Shown: positions 1 to 7,714 of the stretch, piece after piece
Layout of the letters: the number at the start of each line of letters is the position of its first letter
Position numbering within the stretch: the first letter of the stretch is position 1
Source of the DNA: Candidatus Limnocylindria bacterium
GTDB lineage: Bacteria; Chloroflexota; Limnocylindria; P2-11E
Direction of reading: 5' to 3'
DNA length: 31,841 nucleotides
NCBI GenBank assembly: GCA_036564585.1
Contig: DATCOR010000308.1
Coordinates: 1 to 31,841 of the forward strand
The notes under the pieces: model-generated
What the model saw: only the letters and a program-made list of their open reading frames with translations
Databases searched by the model: none
Told to the model about the DNA's origin: nothing
Translations under genes and position numbers: made by a program

Positions 1-335
1 GCGCCCGTGACGGTGCCGCCCTCGGTGACGCCGAAGATAGGCAGCAGCCACAACGAGATGAAGCCGCCGAGCGTGAACACGTCACCGTGGGCGAAGTTGA
101 TGAGCTCGACGATGCCGTAGACCATCGTGTACCCGAGCGCGATCAGGGCGAAGATCGATCCGTTCGCGAGCCCGTACACGAGGATCTGGATGAAGAACGC
201 CGGGCCGAGGGCCACCACCTTGGTCGCGAGGATGAGCAGCGCGATCGCGATGAGGACCAGTAGCGTTCCGTTGAGGAGTCGGCCGCGGGTCCCCGCCAGG
301 AGCCGCCTGCGCGCGTTCGCGACGCTCGAGACCAC
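1..335 (-). CDS. livH: Branched-chain amino acid ABC transporter permease (5' part; runs off window start)
   Basis: Not in ORF track. Manual translation from GTG at 335 (SD GGAGG at 344-348) gives ...GLANGSIFALIALGYTMVYGIVELINFAHGDVFTLGG, the LivH N-terminal signature; lies downstream of the liv binding protein. Confidence 0.9.
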   Translation of the reverse strand, partial: MVSSVANARRRLLAGTRGRLLNGTLLVLIAIALLILATKVVALGPAFFIQILVYGLANGSIFALIALGYTMVYGIVELINFAHGDVFTLGGFISLWLLPIFGVTEGGTVTG

Positions 336-386
336 TACGCCTTCCTCCGCTCCGCGAGCGCTAGGCGGGGAACGCTAAGCGAAAGA

Positions 387-416
387 GAGGGAGGGGGCGT
401 TGCCGCCCCCTCCCTC
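387..416 (-). terminator. Intercistronic hairpin between livK and livH
   Basis: Perfect 13-bp stem GAGGGAGGGGGCG-GCAA-CGCCCCCTCCCTC followed by TCTTT on the minus strand; partial terminator or mRNA-stabilising hairpin, as is common after ABC binding-protein genes. Confidence 0.7.
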
Positions 417-427
417 GATCGTCGTCG

Positions 428-1720
428 CTACTGGCCGACGCTGAACTGACTCTGGAAGACCCAAGCGGACGGTGTGCCCTTGGATGCCCAGAAGGCCATG
501 GTCGCGGACTTCGGGTCACCGTTGGCGTCGAACGCGTAGGTGCCGACGGTCCCGGCCAGGCCGCTGGTGGACTGGACGGCGTCGATCACCTGCTGACGGG
601 TCGGCGCCTTGCCGCCCGCTGCGTCGATCGCGCGCTTGACCGCGTCGAGGAGGATGAACGCGCAGTCGTAGGCCGGGAAGGTGTACGCACCGAGGTCGGA
701 GGCCTTGGGGTATGCCTGCTTGAAGGCCGCGACCGTTGCCGCTGCAGCCGGGTTCTGCGAAGCATCGCCGGCCGCGTTCGTGAAGAACATGTTCGCGGTG
801 TTGCTGCCGGAGTCCTTGAGGCACTGGTCGTCGCCGATGCCGTCTGGACCGGTGAACGGGACGTCGAGGATGCCGGTCATCTGGCTGCGCACGATGCAGG
901 CCTTGGTGGCCGAGGTGGCGCCGGCGTAGATCACCTGCGCGCCGGCCGCCTTGGCGGCGTTGATGAACGGCTTGAAGTCGTTCGTGGTCTTCCAGTCGAA
1001 GTCGGATCGGTTCGTGAGCGTGCCGCCAGTGGCGGTGAGGCGCTTCACGAAGTTGTCCGCCACGCCCTTGCCGAAGGTCTCGTTGTCCGAGAACACGGCG
1101 ACCTTGGTGAGCTTGAGTGTCTTGAGGATGTAGTCCGCCATCGCCGGGCCCTGGACGGTGTCCGGAGCCGCGATGCGGAAGTAGTTGTTCTTCCCGGAGG
1201 GACGGAGTGCAGCCGGCTGCGGGCTGCAGTACGGGAACGTCTGGGTGAGGCACTCGGCCGTGTTCGAGGGGCTCATCATCGCGAGCGGCCCCCCGTTCGC
1301 GATCGGGATCTCAGCCTGGGCGACGTTCGAGTTGAACGGCCCGACCATCGCGACGGTCTTCGGGTCCGAGAGCATCTGCTGGACGTTCTGCGCGCCCTTC
1401 TGCGGGTCGTGCACGCCGTTGACGGTGTCGTCGTACGGCTTGAACGTGATCTTGATGCCCTTGTAGCTCGTGGTCTGCGACAGTGCGAACGCCACGCCGT
1501 TCTGGGTCGGCAGGCCGCTCGAGGCGTCTGCTCCAGAGGTCGGCAGGTCGCTCGCGATGATGACCTCGCCGGTCGTTGCCGCCGCGGTGGTGGCCGCCGC
1601 ACCTGAGCCCGAGGCACCCGGTGTGGATGTCGTGCCCGACGTGCCGCCGCCGCCACAGGCTGCCGCAACGAGTGCGATCGCCGTCAGGACGGAAGCCATG
1701 GAAAGCCAGCGCTTCTGCAT
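428..1720 (-). CDS. livK: Branched-chain amino acid ABC transporter substrate-binding lipoprotein (LivJ/K family)
   Basis: Lipobox LVAAAC, Gly/Thr/Ala linker, motifs VGPFNS and SPSNT, YFRIAAPDTVQG, GxYxFDANGD; SD GGAGG upstream; adjacent to livH. Confidence 0.9.
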   Translation of the reverse strand: MQKRWLSMASVLTAIALVAAACGGGGTSGTTSTPGASGSGAAATTAAATTGEVIIASDLPTSGADASSGLPTQNGVAFALSQTTSYKGIKITFKPYDDTVNGVHDPQKGAQNVQQMLSDPKTVAMVGPFNSNVAQAEIPIANGGPLAMMSPSNTAECLTQTFPYCSPQPAALRPSGKNNYFRIAAPDTVQGPAMADYILKTLKLTKVAVFSDNETFGKGVADNFVKRLTATGGTLTNRSDFDWKTTNDFKPFINAAKAAGAQVIYAGATSATKACIVRSQMTGILDVPFTGPDGIGDDQCLKDSGSNTANMFFTNAAGDASQNPAAAATVAAFKQAYPKASDLGAYTFPAYDCAFILLDAVKRAIDAAGGKAPTRQQVIDAVQSTSGLAGTVGTYAFDANGDPKSATMAFWASKGTPSAWVFQSQFSVGQ

Positions 1721-1795
1721 AGGTCCTCCCTCGCCATTTGGGTGCGCCGAAGCCCGGCCTCCCCATCCGTGGGCCCGTTGGGCCCGTGACGGGTC

Positions 1796-1818
1796 AGCCT
1801 ACGAGCACCCCCTAGGCT
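1796..1818. promoter_or_regulatory. Back-to-back TAGGCT -10-like hexamers (AGCCTA-N11-TAGGCT) for divergent livK and OCD-family gene
   Basis: Inverted hexamers at 1796-1801 and 1813-1818 in the divergent intergenic region; TAGGCT recurs at several other starts in the window. Confidence 0.4.
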
Positions 1819-1828
1819 CGTCAACGAA

Positions 1829-2797
1829 ATGACGGTGCGGCTCCTGCGGGCGGCGGACCTTGCGATGGCGTGCCCCATGGTCGACGCGATCGACGCGGTG
1901 GCCGACGGTTTCACAGCCCTTTCCGCCGGTCAAGCCACCGTCCCGGTGCGCCTCTCCGTGCCGATCCGGCACGACGGCACCGTACTCACGATGCCCGCCG
2001 CGCTGGCCGGCGCGTCCTCTTATTCGGTCAAGGTGGTGAGCGTCGCGCCCCGGAACGGGCTGGCGGGCCGGCCGGTCGTGATGGGCACCGTGCTCCTTGG
2101 CGACTCCGCGACCGGCGAGCTGCTTGCGCTCATCGACGGGACCGCGCTGACGGCCCTCCGTACCGGCGCCGCCGGAGGCGTTGCCGCGCGGGAGCTCAGC
2201 CGGCCGAGCGCGACCCGGGTGGGGCTCTTCGGCGCAGGCGCCCAGGCCCGCGCGCAGCTGATCGCACTGGCCTGCGTCCGGGCGATCACGGATGTCCGCG
2301 TGGTCGTGCGCGACCCGGCACACGCCGCGGCGTTGCGCCAGTGGGCCGCCGGCCAGCCTGGGCTCGGGGCTATCGCGCTCCATGCGGCCGCTCCGAAGGA
2401 TGCTGTCGCCGACGCGGACATCGTGATCACGGCGACGACGAGTGCCACCCCGGTCTTCCAGGGCGGCTGGCTCCGCGCGGGAGCGCATGTCACCGCGGTC
2501 GGCTCGTTCACCCCGCAGATGCGCGAGCTCGACGAGGAGACGCTGCGCGGCGCCCGGCTCGTGGTCGATCAGCGCGCGGCCGCGCTCGCCGAGGCGGGTG
2601 AGCTGCAGGGCCGCGGCGACGGCGACGTCGTCGAGCTCGGGGAGATCCTGTCCGGACGCATGCCCGGCCGCACCGACGACGCGCAACGCACCGTGTTCAA
2701 GAGCGTCGGGAACGCGATCCAGGATCTTGTCGTCGCCGCGCGGGCCTACGAGCGCGCGCGAGCGCAGGGCATCGGCGAGGAGCTCGCGTTCCCATGA
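1829..2797 (+). CDS. Ornithine cyclodeaminase / mu-crystallin family protein
   Basis: KVVSV..N, LTALRTGAAGG, Rossmann GAGAQA, ITATTS..PV, HVTAVGS, ELGEIL, FKSVGNAIQD motifs. Substrate (cyclodeaminase, imine reductase or alanine dehydrogenase) cannot be assigned. Confidence 0.9.
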   Translation: MTVRLLRAADLAMACPMVDAIDAVADGFTALSAGQATVPVRLSVPIRHDGTVLTMPAALAGASSYSVKVVSVAPRNGLAGRPVVMGTVLLGDSATGELLALIDGTALTALRTGAAGGVAARELSRPSATRVGLFGAGAQARAQLIALACVRAITDVRVVVRDPAHAAALRQWAAGQPGLGAIALHAAAPKDAVADADIVITATTSATPVFQGGWLRAGAHVTAVGSFTPQMRELDEETLRGARLVVDQRAAALAEAGELQGRGDGDVVELGEILSGRMPGRTDDAQRTVFKSVGNAIQDLVVAARAYERARAQGIGEELAFP

Positions 2798-2865
2798 AGA
2801 AGGCCGGGCCGATGAAGAAAGCCGGCCCGAGGAAGAAGGCCGCGCCAAAGAAGAAGGCGGTGCCG
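2794..2865 (+). repeat. Four degenerate 18-bp tandem repeats encoding xKKAxP
   Basis: atgaagaaggccgggccg / atgaagaaagccggcccg / aggaagaaggccgcgcca / aagaagaaggcggtgccg. Confidence 0.85.
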
Positions 2866-3582
2866 AAGAAGCGCGCGGTGAAGAAGCCGTACGTTCCGAA
2901 GGTCACGCCCGCCCTGCGCGCCCGCGCGCGCACGATCCTCGCGCGGCTCGAGAAGACCTATCCCGATTGGGGCCCGACCCTCGAGTTCGCCGATCCGTTG
3001 CAGCTCCTCGTGGCGACGATCCTCGCCGCGCAGGCCCAGGACGAGCGGATCAACCAGGTCACCCGTACGGTCGTCTTCCCCAAGTACCGGTCCGCCGCCG
3101 ACTACGTCGCGGTCAAGGTCGCCGTCCTCGAGCGCGACCTCAAGCCGACCGGCTTCTTCCGCCAGAAGACGAAAGCGGTCAAAGGAGCGGCGCTCGGCAT
3201 CGTCGAGCGCTTCGGCGGAGAGGTGCCCCGCGACATGGAGGGCCTCACCTCCCTCCGCGGGGTCGGCCGGAAGACCGCTTCGATCGTCCTTGCGAACGCC
3301 TTCGGGGTGCCGGCGATCGCCGTGGACCGCCACGTCGCCCGGGTCGCCGCCCGGCTGGGCTTCAGCCGCCAGACCAAGCCGGACGAGATCGAGCAGGACC
3401 TTCGGGCGGTCTTCCGGGAGCCAGATTGGGTCAAGGCGACCTGGAATTTGATCCTTCATGGACGCCGGATCTGCAACCCGACCCCCAAATGCCCGGAGTG
3501 CGCGGTCATCGATCTCTGTCCCTATCCGAGGAAGACGAAGCCGCAGAGGTCCGCGTCGAGAGCCATCCGCCGACCGAGCTGA
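2794..3582 (+). CDS. nth: Endonuclease III (HhH-GPD, 4Fe-4S) with Lys-rich N-terminal extension
   Basis: LLVATILAAQ, HhH LRGVGRKTA (catalytic Lys), AVDRHV (catalytic Asp), HGRRIC..C..C..C cluster loop; ATGA overlap with the OCD-family gene. Confidence 0.92.
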   Translation: MKKAGPMKKAGPRKKAAPKKKAVPKKRAVKKPYVPKVTPALRARARTILARLEKTYPDWGPTLEFADPLQLLVATILAAQAQDERINQVTRTVVFPKYRSAADYVAVKVAVLERDLKPTGFFRQKTKAVKGAALGIVERFGGEVPRDMEGLTSLRGVGRKTASIVLANAFGVPAIAVDRHVARVAARLGFSRQTKPDEIEQDLRAVFREPDWVKATWNLILHGRRICNPTPKCPECAVIDLCPYPRKTKPQRSASRAIRRPS

Positions 3583-3889
3583 ATGACAGGATGAGCACGT
3601 CGCTGATGACGATGCTCAGCGTGTCGGCGAGCACGTTCGTCACGCTGGCGTTCCCTGCGCTCGCGGCGATCGAGGCCGTGACGATGGCGAGCATGCCGAC
3701 GATCGCGCCGTGGTACAGGCCGTCGCGCCCGGCCATCCGTCCCGCGACGTAGCCACCGACTGCTGTGCCTGCGAGGCCTCCGATGGCCGGAAAACCGAGG
3801 AAAATCGCGAGAATCGCGACCACTATTGAGAGCGCCAGGCCGGCGGCCACGGCGCGCGCGTCGAGCTCCGGCATCGATCGTCGGGCCAT
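3506..3889 (-). CDS. Small multi-pass membrane protein (DUF5518/TIGR04086-like)
   Basis: Four hydrophobic segments and GGYVAGRMAGRDGLYHGAIVG; TACGCT hexamer 7 nt before ATG 3889 supports the start; 3' end overlaps nth convergently. Confidence 0.7.
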   Translation of the reverse strand: MARRSMPELDARAVAAGLALSIVVAILAIFLGFPAIGGLAGTAVGGYVAGRMAGRDGLYHGAIVGMLAIVTASIAASAGNASVTNVLADTLSIVISDVLILSFSSVGGWLSTRTSAASSSSDRDRDR

Positions 3890-3910
3890 CGGCGACAGCG
3901 TAGGTCGGGC

Positions 3911-3948
3911 AAAAAGAAACCGATCCGCCCAGGCCTAGAGCGGATCGG
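3911..3948 (-). terminator. Rho-independent terminator
   Basis: CCGATCCGC-(11 nt)-GCGGATCGG followed by TTTCTTTTT on the minus strand. Confidence 0.8.
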
Positions 3949-3981
3949 CGAGATCGCGAAAGGTGTCGGATCGTGAGTACG

Positions 3982-4007
3982 AAAGAGCGACGACCTTCGT
4001 CGTCGCT
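3982..4007 (-). terminator. Hairpin/terminator directly after the Lys-rich microprotein
   Basis: AGCGACGAC-GAAG-GTCGTCGCT then CTTT, starting 13 nt after the TAG at 4021. Confidence 0.65.
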
Positions 4008-4020
4008 ACACGTCAAAGAG

Positions 4021-4083
4021 CTACTTCTTCTTCGAGGACTTCTTCTTGGCCGTCTTCTTGGCGGCCTTCTTCTTCGCTGGCAT
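4021..4083 (-). CDS. 20-aa lysine-rich microprotein MPAKKKAAKKTAKKKSSKKK
   Basis: Below the ORF-track cutoff. ATG at 4083, TAG at 4021; extended SD GAAGGGGGTGA 6 nt upstream; all 11 Lys codons are AAG; downstream hairpins. Confidence 0.8.
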   Translation of the reverse strand: MPAKKKAAKKTAKKKSSKKK

Positions 4084-4114
4084 TGGAGATCACCCCCTTC
4101 TGGCCACGGATTGT

Positions 4115-4149
4115 TTGTTATCTAGACACACACACCCGAGTGATGTCAA
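4115..4149 (-). promoter_or_regulatory. Candidate sigma70-type promoter for the microprotein
   Basis: Perfect TTGACA at 4149-4144 just after the rsrA stop. The -10 is ambiguous (TCTAGATAAC region 17-19 nt downstream) and is followed by an AT-rich stretch. Confidence 0.5.
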
Positions 4150-4152
4150 TAG

Positions 4153-4392
4153 CTAGAGCGGTGTGTCGCTCTCCATCCGCAGTCGGGCGACGATGCGCGT
4201 TCGGAGCTCCGTCGGCGCCACGTCCTCTTGGCAGCAGTCGCGGACGCGGGCGAGGAAGCGCTGTTCGAGGACGAAGCTGTCCTCGCACCCACCGCAATCG
4301 TCGAGGTGCGCGCGGACCTCGGTGACCTCGGCCGGGGCGAGCTCCCGGTCGAGGTACGTGTACAGGCGCTCGAGGCAATCGGCGCAGTCCAT
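4153..4392 (-). CDS. rsrA: Zinc-binding anti-sigma factor (RsrA/RshA-like, zf-HC2)
   Basis: MDCxxCxERLYTYLDxEL and ZAS motif HLDDCGGC (HxxxCxxC); 79 aa, no TM segment; directly after the ECF sigma. Confidence 0.88.
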   Translation of the reverse strand: MDCADCLERLYTYLDRELAPAEVTEVRAHLDDCGGCEDSFVLEQRFLARVRDCCQEDVAPTELRTRIVARLRMESDTPL

Positions 4393-4400
4393 CGGCTCCC

Positions 4401-4982
4401 CTAGTCCGCCGGCCTCGGCATCGCGCGAGCGGCGACGATGCCACGGTCCCGCGCGAGGTCGTAGAGGCGCTTCTGGAGGAACTTCCGCCCGCGATGCAGC
4501 CGGCTCATGACGGTCCCGATCGGGATGTCGAGCACCTCGGCGATCTCCTTATAGGAGAACCCTTCGACGTCGAGCAGGAGCGTGGTCCGAAACTTCTCGG
4601 GCAGTGCCTCGAGCGCGTCCTTCACTTCGCTGGAGAGGGTGTTATCGATGAGCTCGGCCTCGGGGTCGGGCGACGCCGATCCGGGGCTCACGTCCCGCAT
4701 GTGCCGGTACAGGATCGACTCCTCGACGTCGTCGAGCTCCGTCGTGTCCGGCCGGGCGGCCTTGCGGCGGTACTGGTTGATGAAGGTATTCGTGAGGATC
4801 CGGAACAGCCAGGCCTTCAAATTGGTGCCCAGCGTGAATTGGTGGCGGAAGCGGAACGCCCGGATGTAGGTCTCCTGCACGAGGTCCTCGGCCTCCGCCT
4901 CCGAGCGCGTCATCCGGAGGGCCGTTCGATACAGCGCATCGAGGAACGCGAGCGCTTCGGTCTCGAAGGGATCGGCGGCCAT
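4401..4982 (-). CDS. sigR: ECF sigma factor, SigR/SigH-like
   Basis: [65 protein letters not shown]; paired with a ZAS anti-sigma. The symbol denotes family, not proven orthology. Confidence 0.88.
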   Translation of the reverse strand: MAADPFETEALAFLDALYRTALRMTRSEAEAEDLVQETYIRAFRFRHQFTLGTNLKAWLFRILTNTFINQYRRKAARPDTTELDDVEESILYRHMRDVSPGSASPDPEAELIDNTLSSEVKDALEALPEKFRTTLLLDVEGFSYKEIAEVLDIPIGTVMSRLHRGRKFLQKRLYDLARDRGIVAARAMPRPAD

Positions 4983-4988
4983 GTCCTC

Positions 4989-5025
4989 ACTCTACGGGAA
5001 CAATTCAGGGCTTTCGGCGCATTCC
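4989..5025 (-). promoter_or_regulatory. Candidate dual promoter of the ECF sigma: GGAAT-N19-GTT plus TAGAGT -10
   Basis: GGAAT at 5025-5021 and GTT at 5001-4999 match the SigR/SigH-type motif GGAAY-N18/19-GTT; TAGAGT at 4994-4989 lies 6 nt before the ATG. Confidence 0.6.
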
Positions 5026-5045
5026 AGGACTAGCATCCCGCGGTC

Positions 5046-6896
5046 ATGAGCGACGTGGATGTCGAGCGCAGCGAGAGGCTCCGAAGCGTCGATCTGACCT
5101 CCGGTCTCGATCGGGTGGCGCTGGCCCGCCTGGCCGCGTACATGGATCCGGTCTCCGTGCCGGCGGGCGAGGCGATCATCACCGAAGGCGAGACCGGCGA
5201 CGCGCTCTACATCATCGTGCGCGGGACCTTCGCGGTGCTCGTCGATGGTGCACGCGTGAACACCGTCGGCCCGGGTCACTACGTCGGAGAGCTGGCGCTG
5301 CTGATCGACGAGCCGCGATCGGCGACGATCCGCGCGGACACCGACGGCGAGGTGCTTCGCCTCGAGCGTCAGCAGTTCATGGATCTGTTGGGACGCGACG
5401 CACCGGCCGCGCGAGCCGTCGCGACGACGCTCGCCCGCCGGCTGCGCCGGCGCGACGGCGCGCTGCCCGATGAGGCAGAGGCCACTCTCGCGGCGATCCC
5501 GGTGCGCGCTCCCCGGTCGGCGCGCGCGCCGATCACGAAGATCGTCGGTCTGGTCATCGCGATCGCGCTCGGCGCGGCAGCGTTCTCGCCGCTCGTCGAT
5601 CTCGCGCAGTGGCGCTTCGCGTTGCTGCTGTTCGCGGCGGTCACGCTCTGGGTATCCGAGCCCGTGCCCAACGTGGTCGTCTCGCTCGGGCTGGTCGGCG
5701 CCCTGGCCCTGACCGGCATGGCCCCGTCCTACGCGGTGCTTCAGGGCTTCGCGACCCTCAACTGGGTATTCGTCCTGTCCGTGCTCGGCGTGGCGGCGGC
5801 GGTGGCCCGCTCCGGCCTGCTCCTGCGTCTCGGCCTCCTGCTCATCGAGCGGGTGCCCGCGCGCCCGGCCTGGCAGTCGGCGACGTTCCTCCTCACGGGC
5901 ATCGTGCTGACGCCACTCCTTCCGCTCGCGATGGCCCGCGCGGCGATCACCGCGCCACTTGCGGAGGGCGTCTCCGACACGATGAAGCTCCCAGCGCGCG
6001 GCCCAGCGAGCGCCGCGCTCGGGCTCTCGGCGTGGATCGGCTCGGGACCGTTGATGTTCCTGTTCATGAACGGCTCGACGGCCTGCCTCGTGGCCTGGAG
6101 CCTCATGCCGATCAAGGACGAAGTCGAATTCACCTGGACCCAGTGGTTCCTGTCGGCGGCTCCGCTCGGGGCCATCATCGCCGTCGGTTCGTTCGTGGCG
6201 ATGCGCGTCATGTTCCGCACGGGCCCTCGGCCGGCGCCGGCACGCGCGCCACTGCGGCTACAGCGGGCCATTCTCGGCCCGCCGTCGACCCGCGAGCTTT
6301 TGATCCTCGCGATCGTCGCCTCCATGCTCATCGGGTGGATTGTCGGCCCGCAGTTTCTGTGGCCGCCGGGTCTGGTCGCGCTCTTCGCGTTCATCGCGGT
6401 GATGATCGTCGCCGGCGTGTCGGATCTGAAGAACCTCGATTGGGAGTACCTCATCTTCTTCGGCGTGCTGCTGTCGATCGCGGAAGTCGCAAAAGGGCTG
6501 TCGCTGGACAAGATCGTGGGTAACAGCGCGGCCACATGGCTCACCCAGCTCGGACTCGGCGGCGCAGGGCTCGTCATCCTGGCCGGCGTGGTCACCATCC
6601 TCGTGAAGTCGCTGTTGGCCGCGGATCAGGCCGTCTTGCTGTTGTCGTTCGCGTTCATCCCCGTCGCGACGGCGGTGAACATCAGCCCCTGGCTGGTGGC
6701 GGTGGCCATCCTTGCGCTCGGACTCAGCTGGCACGTGCCGGCGCAGTCGCCGGAGTACCTAGTCGCGTACGGCGCGACCCACGGGCGCCTCTACTCGCAC
6801 GCGCAAGGGCGCCGGATGGCCCTTGTCTATGAGGCGATCGCGCTCGCGGGTCTCGCGATCTGCCTTCCGTACTGGCACCTGCTCGGCTACCTCTAG
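5046..6896 (+). CDS. cNMP-binding domain fused to an SLC13/DASS-like (ion transporter superfamily) permease
   Basis: N-terminal cNMP cassette (IITEGETGDALYIIVRG...VGELALLIDEPRSATIRA) followed by many TM segments with LWVSEPVP and FMNGS motifs. Confidence 0.8.
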   Translation: MSDVDVERSERLRSVDLTSGLDRVALARLAAYMDPVSVPAGEAIITEGETGDALYIIVRGTFAVLVDGARVNTVGPGHYVGELALLIDEPRSATIRADTDGEVLRLERQQFMDLLGRDAPAARAVATTLARRLRRRDGALPDEAEATLAAIPVRAPRSARAPITKIVGLVIAIALGAAAFSPLVDLAQWRFALLLFAAVTLWVSEPVPNVVVSLGLVGALALTGMAPSYAVLQGFATLNWVFVLSVLGVAAAVARSGLLLRLGLLLIERVPARPAWQSATFLLTGIVLTPLLPLAMARAAITAPLAEGVSDTMKLPARGPASAALGLSAWIGSGPLMFLFMNGSTACLVAWSLMPIKDEVEFTWTQWFLSAAPLGAIIAVGSFVAMRVMFRTGPRPAPARAPLRLQRAILGPPSTRELLILAIVASMLIGWIVGPQFLWPPGLVALFAFIAVMIVAGVSDLKNLDWEYLIFFGVLLSIAEVAKGLSLDKIVGNSAATWLTQLGLGGAGLVILAGVVTILVKSLLAADQAVLLLSFAFIPVATAVNISPWLVAVAILALGLSWHVPAQSPEYLVAYGATHGRLYSHAQGRRMALVYEAIALAGLAICLPYWHLLGYL

Positions 6897-6899
6897 CGC

Positions 6900-7574
6900 G
6901 TGCCGGTCACCCTCGCCGCGCGGCTCAGACAGATCGCTCGCCGCCTCCGCCGCGCGTACGGCGCGCCACCTGCGCCGCGCCGGCTGCCGCCGCTCGACGA
7001 GCTCGTGCTCACGATCCTGTCGCAGAACACGAACGACACGAACCGCGATCGCGCGTACGCGGACCTGCGGGCCACGCTCCCGGCGTGGGAGGACGTCGCC
7101 GACGCGCCGCTCCCGGTGATCGAGCGCGCTATCCGCAGTGGCGGGCTCGCGCCGACGAAGGCGCCGCGGATCCGCGCGGTCCTCCGCGCGCTGCGCGATC
7201 GCGGCATCGCGCTCGACGAGCGGGCGTTGCGCCGCATCCGGCACGACCGGCTGTTCGACCTCCTGGTGGCGCTTCCTGGTGTCGGCCCGAAGACCGCAGC
7301 GTGCGTCCTGCTGTTCTCGCTCGATCGCCCGTACTTCCCGGTCGACACGCACGTCCATCGTGTCGCGATCCGCCTCGGCCTCGTCGCGCCACGGTCGACG
7401 GCGGTGCAGACGCAGGCGCAGCTCCAGGCAGCGCTCGCACCCTCGGAGATGTACGAGGCCCACATGAATCTCATCCGGCACGGCCGCCACGTGTGCGTCG
7501 CGCTGCGACCGATCTGCTCGCAGTGCGTGCTGAACGACATCTGCCCGAGGGTCGGGGTCGTGCGCGCGCGCTGA
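6900..7574 (+). CDS. Second endonuclease III-family HhH-GPD DNA glycosylase
   Basis: TILSQNTND, GGLAPTKA, LPGVGPKTA, PVDTHV and canonical C-x6-C-x2-C-x5-C. Confidence 0.9.
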   Translation: MPVTLAARLRQIARRLRRAYGAPPAPRRLPPLDELVLTILSQNTNDTNRDRAYADLRATLPAWEDVADAPLPVIERAIRSGGLAPTKAPRIRAVLRALRDRGIALDERALRRIRHDRLFDLLVALPGVGPKTAACVLLFSLDRPYFPVDTHVHRVAIRLGLVAPRSTAVQTQAQLQAALAPSEMYEAHMNLIRHGRHVCVALRPICSQCVLNDICPRVGVVRAR

Positions 7575-7714
7575 TCCGGCAAGAGGGGACCCGCTCGCTC
7601 CCCGTTACCGCATCGTCGGCGCATCGAGGCGTGGCCGCGGGTCCGTGGCGGCTCGGGGGCCGCGAATGTGCTCGTCATCGGTACGCGCACGTTCGCGCCA
7701 TGGAGAGATATCAG

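Noticed and set aside
7085-7714. 396-aa ORF suggesting a long N-terminal extension on the general stress protein
   Set aside because: The extension overlaps the second nth in another frame and is Arg/Ala-rich shadow sequence; the SD supports ATG 7715.
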